A stretch of DNA of 64,000 nt from positions 1 through 64,000 of the forward strand of contig JAQBVF010000008.1 in the NCBI GenBank assembly GCA_027623675.1. The letters run 5' to 3'. Made by a program: the position numbers and the translations under genes. Origin of the DNA: Chloroflexota bacterium. Lineage in GTDB: Bacteria; Chloroflexota; Dehalococcoidia; Lucifugimonadales; UBA3495. Below, piece after piece: positions 1 through 9,871 of this stretch; position 1 is the first letter of the stretch, and every line of letters begins with the position of its first letter. A model generated the notes under the pieces. The model ran no database searches. It was given only the letters and a program-made list of their open reading frames with translations, and was not told where the DNA came from.

Positions 1-108
1 TAGCTGAGCCACGGTCTTTAAGACCTAGGACGATCCGGCCTGCCACGTCCTGGTTTAAGATACAAGGACCAGCGGTAGGTATACCGGGAAACTGGTCCCT
101 GCCGCGGC

Positions 109-579
109 CTATCCGCCGAGGGACACCACTTCGTCGAATTCCTCTTTGGTTACGGGCTGGATGGACAGGCGCATGCCTTTGCGGATCAGCAGCATGTCCT
201 GCAGCTTGGGGTTGGCCTTGATGTCGGCCAGGGTCACGGGTTTGGCCAGTGGCCGCTCGCCCTGGATGTCAACCATCGACCAGATTGGGTTCTCCCGGGT
301 GGCCTTGGGGTCGTAATGCTCATCATCTGGATCAAGTCCGTGGAAGTCGTCGTAACCCTCGCGGACGACGCTGGCGATGCCGACCACCGACATGGGCTTG
401 GCGTTGCTGTGGTAGAAGAGTATGGCGTCGCCCACCTTCATGTCGTCGCGCATGTAGTTGCGGGCCTGGTAATTGCGGACGCCGTCCCACTCGGCCCAGC
501 CGTCGGGCTCGGCCATGAGGTCTTCGAATGAGTAGGCGCTGGGCTCAGACTTAAAGAGCCAGTATCGTTTCTCGGCCAT
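109..579 (-). CDS. EVE domain-containing protein (PUA-like, THYN1 family)
   Basis: YWLFKSEP, WDGVRNYQARN, FYHSN, RLSIQPV motifs typical of EVE proteins. Confidence 0.92.
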   Translation of the reverse strand: MAEKRYWLFKSEPSAYSFEDLMAEPDGWAEWDGVRNYQARNYMRDDMKVGDAILFYHSNAKPMSVVGIASVVREGYDDFHGLDPDDEHYDPKATRENPIWSMVDIQGERPLAKPVTLADIKANPKLQDMLLIRKGMRLSIQPVTKEEFDEVVSLGG

Positions 580-626
580 GCTTGCTCCTGTCGGTTAGCG
601 GCCAGTCCCGGTGGCATCGTGACCAG

Positions 627-2240
627 CTAGCGAAGTTTTATCCCGGCGGCTTCCAGGTCGAAGCAGCCTTCGATGAGGTCTTCCCGCTCCTGCCTCAAAA
701 CGTCCTTGCGGACCCGCAGGCTGGGCGTTCGGGGGAGTTCGTCGCGTATCTCCCAGTAGCGGGGCACCTTGAAGTAGGCCAGGTTGTCGGCGCACCAGTA
801 GACCAATTCCTCTGGGTTGGGCGAGGCCCCTTCCCGAGGGATCACGTAGGCCTTGACCTCGTCCTCGCCCAGGTCCGAAGGGACGGCCAGGACGGCGCAA
901 TCCAGCACACTGGGGTTGCGCTTGATGACGTTCTCCACTTCCTGGGACGAGATGTTCTCGCCCCGGCGGCGGATGATGTCCTTCTTGCGGTCGACGAAGT
1001 ACAAGAAGCCGTCGGCGTCCACCCAGCCCAGGTCGCCGGTGTAGAGCCAGCCATCACGCAGAGTCTCGGCGTTCTGCTCGTCGTTGCGCCAGTAGCCGGG
1101 CATGATGGCCGGATTGTGGATGGTGATCTCGCCCACCGTGTCCACGCCCACGTGCTCGCCGGTCACCTGGTCGGCGATGCGCACCTGGTTCACGAATCTG
1201 GCATCCGGGTGCTGGCGCGGGCCTCCCGAGGAACCGGCGCGGCGTTCGTCGCCGATGCGCTCTATCGTCCCGAAACAGGTCTCGGTCATGCCGAAGCCGA
1301 CGATGATGTCGGTGTCGAAGCGCTCTTGGAACTCGGCCAGGAACTCGGGCGGGAAAGACGGCGAGCCGTAGAACAGGCGCACGGTGTTGTCTTTGTCGTC
1401 GGGCGACGGTGCGTTCTTGGACAGCACCGGCATCATCATGCCGATGAAGTTCACCACCGTGGCCTGGGCGTCTCGCACCTGGCCCCAGAACCGGGAAGCG
1501 CTGAAACGGTCAACCACCACCAGCGTGGCCCCGGCGGCGATGGCGCCCATGGTCGAGTAGTACTGGATGTTGGCGTGGTAATAAGGCAGGCAGGTGAAGA
1601 AGCGGTCGTCGGGCGTGGCCTGGGTCCAGTGGGCGAACCCCTGTCCGGCGGCCACGTACATCAGGTGGGTCACCTGGACGCCCTTGGGGTTGCCGGTGGT
1701 GCCCGAGGTGTAGACCAGCATGGAGACATCGTCGTGGGAAATCTCGGGCAGCGGTTCCAGCGGCTGGGCTTTGGCGTGGACTTCCGTGAAGCCGGTCCAA
1801 GGCAGTTCGACGGGGCCCTCAGCGCCCCGCAGCAGCCGTACCGTAACGCTGGGCGCCAGGTCGGCGGCGGCCCCGGCAACCTCGGCCAGCGACGGGTCGG
1901 TCACCAGTCCCTTGGCCTCGGCGTTGTTCAAGATGTAGGCCATCTCGTCGCGCTTGTAGGCCGTGTTCACCGGCACGCTGATGCCGCCGAGAAGGGACAG
2001 ACCGAACCAGCAGTACACGTATTCGATGCAGTTGGGCAGGAACAGGCACACCCGGTCGCCCTTGCCGATGCCCAGGTCGCGGAACATGGCGGCGGTCTTC
2101 CGGACGCCGTCGTAGAACTCCTGATAGGTCCGGCTCTGGCCGCCGATCTCGATGAACGTCTTGCCGGGGTCCTTGGCGACGGCCTGCTCCAGGAACTGGC
2201 CCAGAGACATCTCCCAAGGCTTCTTTGTATCGGTCGGCAT
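627..2240 (-). CDS. AMP-dependent acyl-CoA synthetase, CaiC-like
   Basis: YTSGTTGNPKG AMP-binding loop, FGMTE, TGDLG, DRKKD..RRRGENIS; start moved to ATG 2240 (MPTDTKK). Confidence 0.92.
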   Translation of the reverse strand: MPTDTKKPWEMSLGQFLEQAVAKDPGKTFIEIGGQSRTYQEFYDGVRKTAAMFRDLGIGKGDRVCLFLPNCIEYVYCWFGLSLLGGISVPVNTAYKRDEMAYILNNAEAKGLVTDPSLAEVAGAAADLAPSVTVRLLRGAEGPVELPWTGFTEVHAKAQPLEPLPEISHDDVSMLVYTSGTTGNPKGVQVTHLMYVAAGQGFAHWTQATPDDRFFTCLPYYHANIQYYSTMGAIAAGATLVVVDRFSASRFWGQVRDAQATVVNFIGMMMPVLSKNAPSPDDKDNTVRLFYGSPSFPPEFLAEFQERFDTDIIVGFGMTETCFGTIERIGDERRAGSSGGPRQHPDARFVNQVRIADQVTGEHVGVDTVGEITIHNPAIMPGYWRNDEQNAETLRDGWLYTGDLGWVDADGFLYFVDRKKDIIRRRGENISSQEVENVIKRNPSVLDCAVLAVPSDLGEDEVKAYVIPREGASPNPEELVYWCADNLAYFKVPRYWEIRDELPRTPSLRVRKDVLRQEREDLIEGCFDLEAAGIKLR

Positions 2241-2409
2241 GGATCGGTAAACCCTTTCGTAGATCGCAGGATAAACCCGCCTGGCAGAGTCGATATTCCG
2301 GCTGGCGGGCGAACTCAAGCTACCATGTGGGGCATGGTGGGTCAATGGGCCTGAACTCAGAGCGGGACCGGGTCCAAATCGACTCCACGAATGGGCTATA
2401 ATGCCTGCT

Positions 2410-2850
2410 ATGCCAGACACAAAACCGACATCAACCCCCGAGTCCGTCGACCCCAGCCGGCTCAGGCTCACCAACGACGACGCCGCCAATGGGCCGCTAG
2501 GGGGCACCCTCATCGGGTTCACCTGCAACGAGTGCGGTTCCACCGTGTTCGGACCGGCCGTATTCTGTCAGTCCTGCACCTCCACCGACCTTGAGGCCGT
2601 GGAACTGGGCGGCAAGGGCATCCTCTACAGTTTCACCATCGTGAGGATCCCGCCCGCCGGCTGGCCCGGAGACGTGCCCTACGTGCTGGGCCAGGTGGAG
2701 CTGCCCCAGGGGCCGCAGGTGCTGGCGGAGGTCATCGGCTGCGAGCACGGCGATCTCAAGATCGGCATGGCGGTGGAGATGGTCATCCAGGCCGTCCCCG
2801 CTGAGCACGGCGGACCGGACAAGGCCGTCTACAAGTGGCGGCCGGCGTAA
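2410..2850 (+). CDS. Zn-ribbon/OB-fold protein (DUF35/ChsH2-like), thiolase partner
   Basis: CNEC...CQSC zinc ribbon then OB fold (YSFTIV, PYVLGQVEL); upstream of a thiolase; start could be 2401. Confidence 0.88.
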   Translation: MPDTKPTSTPESVDPSRLRLTNDDAANGPLGGTLIGFTCNECGSTVFGPAVFCQSCTSTDLEAVELGGKGILYSFTIVRIPPAGWPGDVPYVLGQVELPQGPQVLAEVIGCEHGDLKIGMAVEMVIQAVPAEHGGPDKAVYKWRPA

Positions 2851-2880
2851 CCGTCTAGACACGGAGCAATGAGGTAACAC

Positions 2881-3105
2881 ATGGATATCCAGACCGTCGA
2901 ACACGAGGCGCTGCAGTTGCCCCCAGAGGACCGAGCCAAGCTAGCGCAGAAGCTTCTTCTGAGCCTTGACGCCCTATCCGCGGAGGAGCTGGAACAGGCG
3001 TGGCTTACCGAGGCCGACCGCCGGGCGCGTGAGCTTGAGCGCGGGGATGTTCAGCCTATCTCCGCGGACGAGGTCCGGCGGAAGGCAAGAGAACTACTCA
3101 GGTGA
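2881..3105 (+). CDS. Putative addiction-module antitoxin (TIGR02574/Unstab_antitox-like)
   Basis: ALQLPPEDRAKLAQKLL..AWLTEADRRAREL..G pattern; SD GAGG; stop overlaps the start of a toxin remnant. Confidence 0.8.
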   Translation: MDIQTVEHEALQLPPEDRAKLAQKLLLSLDALSAEELEQAWLTEADRRARELERGDVQPISADEVRRKARELLR

Positions 3106-3185
3106 CCTACCGGTTCCACCCCGACGCCGTGGCCGAGCATCTTGAAACCGTCATCTACTAAGAGACTCGGCAAGCAGGTTCTAGA
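3102..3185 (+). pseudogene. Truncated ParE/RelE-like toxin
   Basis: GTG overlaps the antitoxin TGA; reads MTYRFHPDAVAEHLETVIY*ETRQAG, a ParE-like N-terminus with TAA at 3159-3161; the rest of the gene is absent. Confidence 0.7.
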
Positions 3186-3220
3186 CAAGGCAGCACAATC
3201 CGATCGACAGAGGTTATCTC

Positions 3221-4378
3221 TTGAACCAGATAAGACCGGGCCGCGAAGTGATGGTGGTGGGAGTGGGCCTGCATCCCTTCGGCCGCTTCCCCGAGAAGGA
3301 CCTGGGGGCGCTGGCCATCGAGGCGGTGCTGCCGGCGCTGAAAGACGCCGGGATCAAGTGGAAGGACATCGCCATCGCCTACTTCGGCCACGTCTACTAC
3401 CAGGGCATGTCCGTGGGCGAGACCACCCTGTCCAAGCTGGGACTGACCGGTGTGCCCATCGTGAACGTGGAGAACGCCTGCTCCAGCGGCTCGACGGCCT
3501 TCTGGCAGGCCTATTGGGGCATCACCACCGGACTTTATGACACGGCCCTGGCTTTCGGCGCGGAGAAGGTGCCGCGCGGCCCGGTGACCGTGACCCCCGA
3601 GGATAGCCCCGAGCGTTACATCGGCGGCGATCACATGATGGCCGGGTACGCCCTGCGCGGCAAGCGTTACATGGAAGAGACCGGCGCTCCGGCCACCGCC
3701 CTGGCCCAGGTGTCGGTGAAGGCCCGGCAGAACGCGGCCATGAACCCCTTCGCCCACCGCAAGGACACCTACACGGTGGAGGAGGTCTTGAACTCGCGCA
3801 TGATCGCCGACCCCCTAACCCTCTACCAGTGCTGCCCCACCAGCGAGGGCGGCGCGGCGGCGGTGCTCTGCGCCCGGGAGAATCTGGCCGATTACGGCAT
3901 CGACGAGAGCCGGGCGGTGTCCATCGCGGCGGCGGTCCTGACCTCCGGCGACTACAACGGACGGGGCGCCGACCACTCGGCGTTCAGTCCCTACCGCACG
4001 GAGCCGGCGGCGCTCCAGGCCTACGAGATGAGCGGCCTGGGCCCCGAGGACGTGGACCTGGTGCAGGTGCACGACGCGGCCACGATTGGAGAATTGCAGC
4101 AAGTGGAGGCCCTGCACCTGTTTCCCTTCGGCGAGGCCTGGCGGGGGACGGTGGAGGGGCGGACGGCGCTGACCGGCGACATACCGGTGAACACCGACGG
4201 CGGACTGCTGGCCATGGGCCATCCTTTCGGGGCTTCGGGCATCCGCATGATCCACGAAACGGTGACCCAACTGCGGGGCGAGGCCGGGCCCCGGCAGGTG
4301 GCCAACGCCAGGGTGGGCGTGGCCCAATGCTCCGGCGCCGGCGACGTCACCACGGTGCATATCCTGAAGAAGGGCTAA
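3221..4378 (+). CDS. Thiolase-family protein (SCP-x/Ltp2-like)
   Basis: NVENACSSG, QCCPTSEG, QVHDA, NTDGGLLAMGHPFGASG. Confidence 0.92.
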   Translation: MNQIRPGREVMVVGVGLHPFGRFPEKDLGALAIEAVLPALKDAGIKWKDIAIAYFGHVYYQGMSVGETTLSKLGLTGVPIVNVENACSSGSTAFWQAYWGITTGLYDTALAFGAEKVPRGPVTVTPEDSPERYIGGDHMMAGYALRGKRYMEETGAPATALAQVSVKARQNAAMNPFAHRKDTYTVEEVLNSRMIADPLTLYQCCPTSEGGAAAVLCARENLADYGIDESRAVSIAAAVLTSGDYNGRGADHSAFSPYRTEPAALQAYEMSGLGPEDVDLVQVHDAATIGELQQVEALHLFPFGEAWRGTVEGRTALTGDIPVNTDGGLLAMGHPFGASGIRMIHETVTQLRGEAGPRQVANARVGVAQCSGAGDVTTVHILKKG

Positions 4379-4387
4379 CGCCCCTCT

Positions 4388-4620
4388 AGCTGACAGCTAT
4401 CAGCTAACAGCTTTCAGCTTTTGGGGAACGGGAGCCGCATCCCAATTCTGTCATTCTGAGGAGCGCCGTAGGCCGACGAAGAATCTGCCAAGCCCCACCG
4501 TCGCAGACCCTCGCCTTCACCCGATGCAGCCCGGCACATCCCAAGTAGGAGGTTCAAAAGCCAACAGCCAAAGCAGTCACCCCAAAAAGGCTGACCGCTG
4601 ATAGCTGAAAGCTGACAGCT
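4388..4620. repeat. Intergenic element bracketed by inverted heptamer (AGCTnnC) arrays, with an internal REP-like unit
   Basis: agctgacagctatcagctaacagctttcagct (4388-4419) versus ggctgaccgctgatagctgaaagctgacagct (4589-4620); gtcattctgaggagcg..cgacgaagaatct at 4450-4486. Confidence 0.65.
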
Positions 4621-4623
4621 CGT

Positions 4624-4902
4624 ATGCCCTCCTACCTCGTGCTGGCCGCCATGAAAGGCCGCTTCGTCTCGGAAGTGGGCAACACCTACGACAACTTCCA
4701 GATGATGGGCTACTCGGACGGCGCCGACCCCATGGCCGCCGTCGCCGCCTTCTTCGACCAGCCCCCCTACCCCATCATCTGGGCCGACGTGGAATACCTC
4801 TGGGCCGAACGCCTGGCCGACGACCCCAACAACGGCCACCTAGGGGACTACGAGCGGGTGTACGTGGAGACGCTGCGGGCGCGGTGGGAGGGGGGCGGGT
4901 GA
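4624..4902 (+). CDS. Hypothetical protein, 92 aa
   Basis: Strong host-like GC3 codon bias; no recognised motif. Confidence 0.7.
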   Translation: MPSYLVLAAMKGRFVSEVGNTYDNFQMMGYSDGADPMAAVAAFFDQPPYPIIWADVEYLWAERLADDPNNGHLGDYERVYVETLRARWEGGG

Positions 4903-5038
4903 GGGGTCACCAGAACGCAAGCTGACGTGTTAATCGAAAGAAAAATAGGGTACGATTTTTGGTTATTCCTCGCTCTGGCAAACAGATGTTTATTTATAGG
5001 CGATTCAGGATTAAAATTAATCGACAAGTCTCAAAGAA

Positions 5039-5464
5039 CTAATAACCGTCTGGAGCTGTGAATTTGTCCGGGGTTAATCGCTCCAACAACTTCACCCTGT
5101 AACTTTCCGGGAACCGTTTGCCACATTTCGTCGTTTCAACGTTAACATGGGCCTCTCGCCATTTTAGCCACTCCGGGTCCACATCATCAGGTCGGAAATA
5201 AACCTCGGCATCGACTTCCGTTTTGCATTCTTTCGCTGCTTCCCGATAAGCTGACGCGCTTAGAATCGCGAGCCCAGCGCCTTGAAACGAACTGAAACAT
5301 AGTTCCTCAAGCTGACTTTTCATATCTGCTATCCGATTAACGTGGAATAGCGATAGCTTTTGGTCAATTGCTTTGAAGAGACTGTTTTTGGGTCGCCTTT
5401 CTTCTGGATTCCAGTCTTGAGGCCGAACGAACCGACAAAGGCTATCTGTGTCCGGAACGATCAA
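5039..5464 (-). CDS. Hypothetical protein, possible ADP-ribosyltransferase/RES-like toxin
   Basis: Last gene of a lower-GC operon; LCRFVRP..F..LSL..AHVNV spacing resembles the R-S-H core of ART/RES-like folds (inference). Confidence 0.6.
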   Translation of the reverse strand: MIVPDTDSLCRFVRPQDWNPEERRPKNSLFKAIDQKLSLFHVNRIADMKSQLEELCFSSFQGAGLAILSASAYREAAKECKTEVDAEVYFRPDDVDPEWLKWREAHVNVETTKCGKRFPESYRVKLLERLTPDKFTAPDGY

Positions 5465-5475
5465 TCGTCAATGGC

Positions 5476-6219
5476 CTAAAGCGAAGCTTCGGCACGGATA
5501 ATCGTAAGTAAATCGACGATGGAATCGACTTCTACCTCTTCTACTCCACGTCGGTCGCTGCGGAGCACCACTTCCATCCTCCCATCAGCGTCAACTTCGA
5601 AAAACAGTTCAGAGCCAACACTTATCCTTGCCTCTAGTTCAAACGCTAAATCATCCGGATTGACAGTGACTACCGGTCTGAATTTTCCATCAGTAGCGGA
5701 AGCAATTCCCGACAAAAGTGTACACAAATCCGTCTGCCACTCTGGTTTTGAAAAATCTTCCACAGCTTCCATTAACCCTCGAGCATAAGCACCGTAATAC
5801 CGATACAAATTGCCTGCGGCTTCGATGTACTGGGGCTTGCCTCGAAGCCACGGGAAGTAACCGCGTTGGAATCCTTCACCTTCCCAATTTGTATCCCCAA
5901 GAAAGTGCGGACCCCAATCCCTTCTTGAGACCCGGGTTTGATGAATTCCCAAAATCCTATGGAGCCCGCCATTCCTTAAAGAGTCGTCGTCGATTAGCAA
6001 CAATCTACCACCAAACAATTTATTTGTGGTAACCGAAGCTAGACTCGTATTTGTTGCCTGAATCGGGTCGATTTGTAGGAAGAACTCGAAGAGTGCGGGA
6101 CCCGCATCATCAATCGAGGCCCATTCTTGCCCAATTTCAATCGCCGCGCCCGTGTCTGGCCCACCTGTGCGGAACATTCGAACCTTGGTTGCTCCTGTGT
6201 CTGCCAAACTAGAATTCAT
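5476..6219 (-). CDS. Hypothetical protein, middle gene of the three-gene cassette
   Basis: 247-aa ORF; ATGA overlap with the upstream gene; acidic beta-rich C-terminal domain (PVVTVNPDDLAFELE..FFEVDADG). Confidence 0.7.
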   Translation of the reverse strand: MNSSLADTGATKVRMFRTGGPDTGAAIEIGQEWASIDDAGPALFEFFLQIDPIQATNTSLASVTTNKLFGGRLLLIDDDSLRNGGLHRILGIHQTRVSRRDWGPHFLGDTNWEGEGFQRGYFPWLRGKPQYIEAAGNLYRYYGAYARGLMEAVEDFSKPEWQTDLCTLLSGIASATDGKFRPVVTVNPDDLAFELEARISVGSELFFEVDADGRMEVVLRSDRRGVEEVEVDSIVDLLTIIRAEASL

Positions 6220-6884
6220 AGCCCGATCCTGTCGAGTATTTCATTCAATTTCGTCGAATAGCCATCGAGGTTGGTTGAAAATTCGTTCTGTGGGGGCATA
6301 TTGCCATTTTCGACTAGGAAATTTGCCGTGACTGCCACTCGATTTGCTGTGGGGTCGTTTCGAAAAGGTTCTAGCCTAAGCCACAGGGTCACGTCACTAT
6401 CAACTTTCAGCCATGTCCACGCTGCCGCTCCAGTGATTGGGTAACCCAAAGCCTTTTTGAATGTGTCGCTGAATAATCCAACTGCTAGTTTCTCGATTGC
6501 CGTCGGGACTGCGGGGGTAGACAAAATCATGTTGTACCCAAAGCGGATCCAGGGGAATTTACTTGGGTCTGCGCTCATGGAATTGAGTGCAGACCAAAAC
6601 GTATTTGCCATCATCGGGCCGTCTTTGATCAACTCCCCAGGATATCTACGGCGAACCTCAATTCGTTCTTTCTCTATCAGTAATTCGATTTGGTCTCGAG
6701 GGACCAAAATAAATTGCGCCGGACCCCTTTCTGAAACACCCTCTGCTCCCTGAACAGTCTGTCCCAATTTATTTTCAACATCACGAACGGTTTGGGCACC
6801 GACCTGCAATTGAGGGGCTTTCTGTGCGTCAAAAACGCCGACGAAAGAAACCAAATCGATGTTTCGGATATTAGCCACAATCAC
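6216..6884 (-). CDS. Hypothetical protein, TIGR04255-like
   Basis: 222-aa ORF with RFGYN and LRLEP segments; SD AGGAG (true start may be GTG 6878). Confidence 0.6.
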   Translation of the reverse strand: MIVANIRNIDLVSFVGVFDAQKAPQLQVGAQTVRDVENKLGQTVQGAEGVSERGPAQFILVPRDQIELLIEKERIEVRRRYPGELIKDGPMMANTFWSALNSMSADPSKFPWIRFGYNMILSTPAVPTAIEKLAVGLFSDTFKKALGYPITGAAAWTWLKVDSDVTLWLRLEPFRNDPTANRVAVTANFLVENGNMPPQNEFSTNLDGYSTKLNEILDRIGL

Positions 6885-6897
6885 TCCTGTCGGTTAA

Positions 6898-6906
6898 ATT
6901 ATAGCA
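6898..6906 (-). promoter_or_regulatory. Extended -10 promoter (TGcTATAAT) for the three-gene cassette
   Basis: Reverse complement reads tgctataat just upstream of the SD. Confidence 0.6.
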
Positions 6907-7477
6907 TCGCGACCAATTAGGGTCGGTCCGTGGCAAATTTGCCGCCTGTTAGGAACGTTTAACTAACACATTCCAGATCGGTCTAAAGCAGGCACTGGAA
7001 CCCATAACATGAACAGATGCTAACATTTTTGCCAATGTCCTTGCTAACGGTCAATGTTTGTGGGAAACACTAATAGGCATGATCAGCAGTCCGGTGACCA
7101 AACGAAATAATCCGCCGCCACTCCTAAAGAACCTCAAACCACGCCGGCCTCGGTGTTTCGCGACCAGAGATGGTTGGCTCTGGGGCAGGCGGTTAGTTTT
7201 CCTCATCGGCGGAGTAATCGCTTGCCAAGCGGCTGATGAACCACAGGCCTCCGCCGCTATGCCATCTGCCACAGTTACATCCAACTCGTTGCATCCGGCA
7301 AAACCCCCATCGACAGTAGGGCCACCCGACTTCAATTATAATGGCTCCTCACTCCTACCCATCGACGACGACGCGCATGGCCTCCATGACCTGGGCAACC
7401 CAAATGATGTGATCCTGGGACACCCATTGACGCTTTCGGGGACTGACTCGACCTGATGCCTATGGCGGAACAACAAC

Positions 7478-7582
7478 ATGCCCTACGCGGACGTTCCAGG
7501 AATGCGGCTTTGGTATACGGATACGGGCGGTGACGGAGAAAATCGAACGGCGGTGGCGTTTATCGCCGCAGCATCGGGCTGA
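7478..7582 (+). pseudogene. Truncated copy of the 5-prime end of the alpha/beta hydrolase at 9872
   Basis: MPYADVPGMRLWYTDTGGDGENRTAVAFIAAASG* aligns with MPYADIPGARLWYTDTGGAGDGRTPVVFLHAASG. Confidence 0.85.
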
Positions 7583-7613
7583 GGATTTGATTGCTACTGC
7601 CACCCAAGCCCCC

Positions 7614-8384
7614 CTACGCCGTCTGCCGCCGGTACAGCCATGTCGTGGCCATCAGCAGCACGGTCATCATCAACAGCGCGACCCAGACTCCGGTTAGGAT
7701 GGTGGGCCAGTCCCAGCCGTCGACGACGATGGCGCGCATGGCTTCCATGACGTAGGTCACCGGGTTGATCTTGACCGCCACTTTGAACCAGCCGGATAGC
7801 TGGTCCTCGGGCATGAAGGCGGTGGTCAGGAAGATGAAGGGGAAGAACAATACCCCCGACGTCTGCGTCACCTGGGCGTTCCGGGTCTTGAGGGCGATCA
7901 TGATGCCCAGACACGACCACACCAACCCGAAGACCACCGCCAGGGCCAGCATGGCCAGTATCCCCAGCACGCCGCCCTGGAAGTCGACCCCCATCGCCAG
8001 CGCCAGGAACACCACCACCAACGCCTGCAGCAGCGCCCGCGTGCCCGACACCAACAGACTGCCAAACAGGATGGAGAAGCGGTTGATCGGCGCCAGCAGC
8101 AGCTTGTCGAAATAGCCCGACATGATGTCGGTCAACAGCGAGAACCCCGAGTCCGCGCCGCTGAAGACCACCACCTGCACGATGATCCAGGCCACCAGGA
8201 ACGCCCGGTAGTCCTGGGTGCCGAACCCGCCCAGGCTGATACTGCGCTCGAATGTTGCCCCGAAGATGACGAACAGCAGTCCCGAGATGAACAGCGGCGA
8301 TATGACGTTGGCCGGGACCGCCAGCCAGGTCTTGAGGTTCCTCCGGTAGACGAAATAGGTCTCGCTGATCAAGGCTGTCATCAT
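7614..8384 (-). CDS. ABC-2 type transporter permease (DrrB-like)
   Basis: About six hydrophobic segments, GYFDKLLLAPINR, NPVTY. Confidence 0.9.
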   Translation of the reverse strand: MMTALISETYFVYRRNLKTWLAVPANVISPLFISGLLFVIFGATFERSISLGGFGTQDYRAFLVAWIIVQVVVFSGADSGFSLLTDIMSGYFDKLLLAPINRFSILFGSLLVSGTRALLQALVVVFLALAMGVDFQGGVLGILAMLALAVVFGLVWSCLGIMIALKTRNAQVTQTSGVLFFPFIFLTTAFMPEDQLSGWFKVAVKINPVTYVMEAMRAIVVDGWDWPTILTGVWVALLMMTVLLMATTWLYRRQTA

Positions 8385-8430
8385 CGTCCCCCGCGCCAAA
8401 ACCGAAATGTCCTTCCCATGAAATAAGCCA

Positions 8431-9555
<1,125 letters not shown>

Positions 9556-9718
9556 TCCCAGTGGACCTCCAGGGACCGGAATCGCCTTGGCAAACATCGC
9601 CACAATACGTTATCAGAATTTGCCGCCGCCGGACGCTGCGGGATGACACCCAACATGGGGTAATATCTCGGGCGACTAGGCGGGAGCGGTTTCCCCGTTT
9701 GAAACGCGCTGCCGTTAC

Positions 9719-9830
9719 GTCACCTTGAAAGGAGCGACGAAAGAAGCGAAGAAAGAGGCGGAGGGTCTGCCAAGGTGATGGACCCCAGTTGCTTTGCCGT
9801 CATTCCCTGGGACGACTCGCCACAATGACA
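9719..9830. repeat. Degenerate REP-like unit related to 4450-4492
   Basis: gtca..ggagcg..cgaagaa..tctgccaag shared with the 4450 copy; ends in aatgaca. Confidence 0.45.
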
Positions 9831-9871
9831 TTCTCGAGAATGCCAACAACATTTCACGGAGGAACAGCATC

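Noticed and set aside
109..579. EVE protein as part of a modification-dependent restriction system
   Set aside because: Stand-alone THYN1-type EVE with no nuclease neighbour visible in the window
582..2354. Long antisense ORFs (590 aa here; also 10756-12213, 22352-23734, 28354-29658, 38257-39327, 39502-40614)
   Set aside because: Shadow frames opposite well-supported genes, expected with high GC3; no motifs
4981..7019. AACAGATG on both sides of the three-gene cassette as a target-site duplication or LexA-like box
   Set aside because: An 8-bp match in AT-rich flanks is plausible by chance, and both copies deviate from GAAC-N4-GTTC
6945..7050. Several TAAC/GTTA motifs suggesting integron att sites
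   Set aside because: No proper RYYYAAC..GTTRRRY attC hairpin and no integrase
7058..7456. 132-aa ORF with a lipobox-like GVIAC, whose TGA is in frame with the hydrolase fragment (possible Sec read-through)
   Set aside because: No SD, no recognisable family and no evident SECIS; the in-frame join has a one-in-three chance; at most a decayed lipoprotein gene
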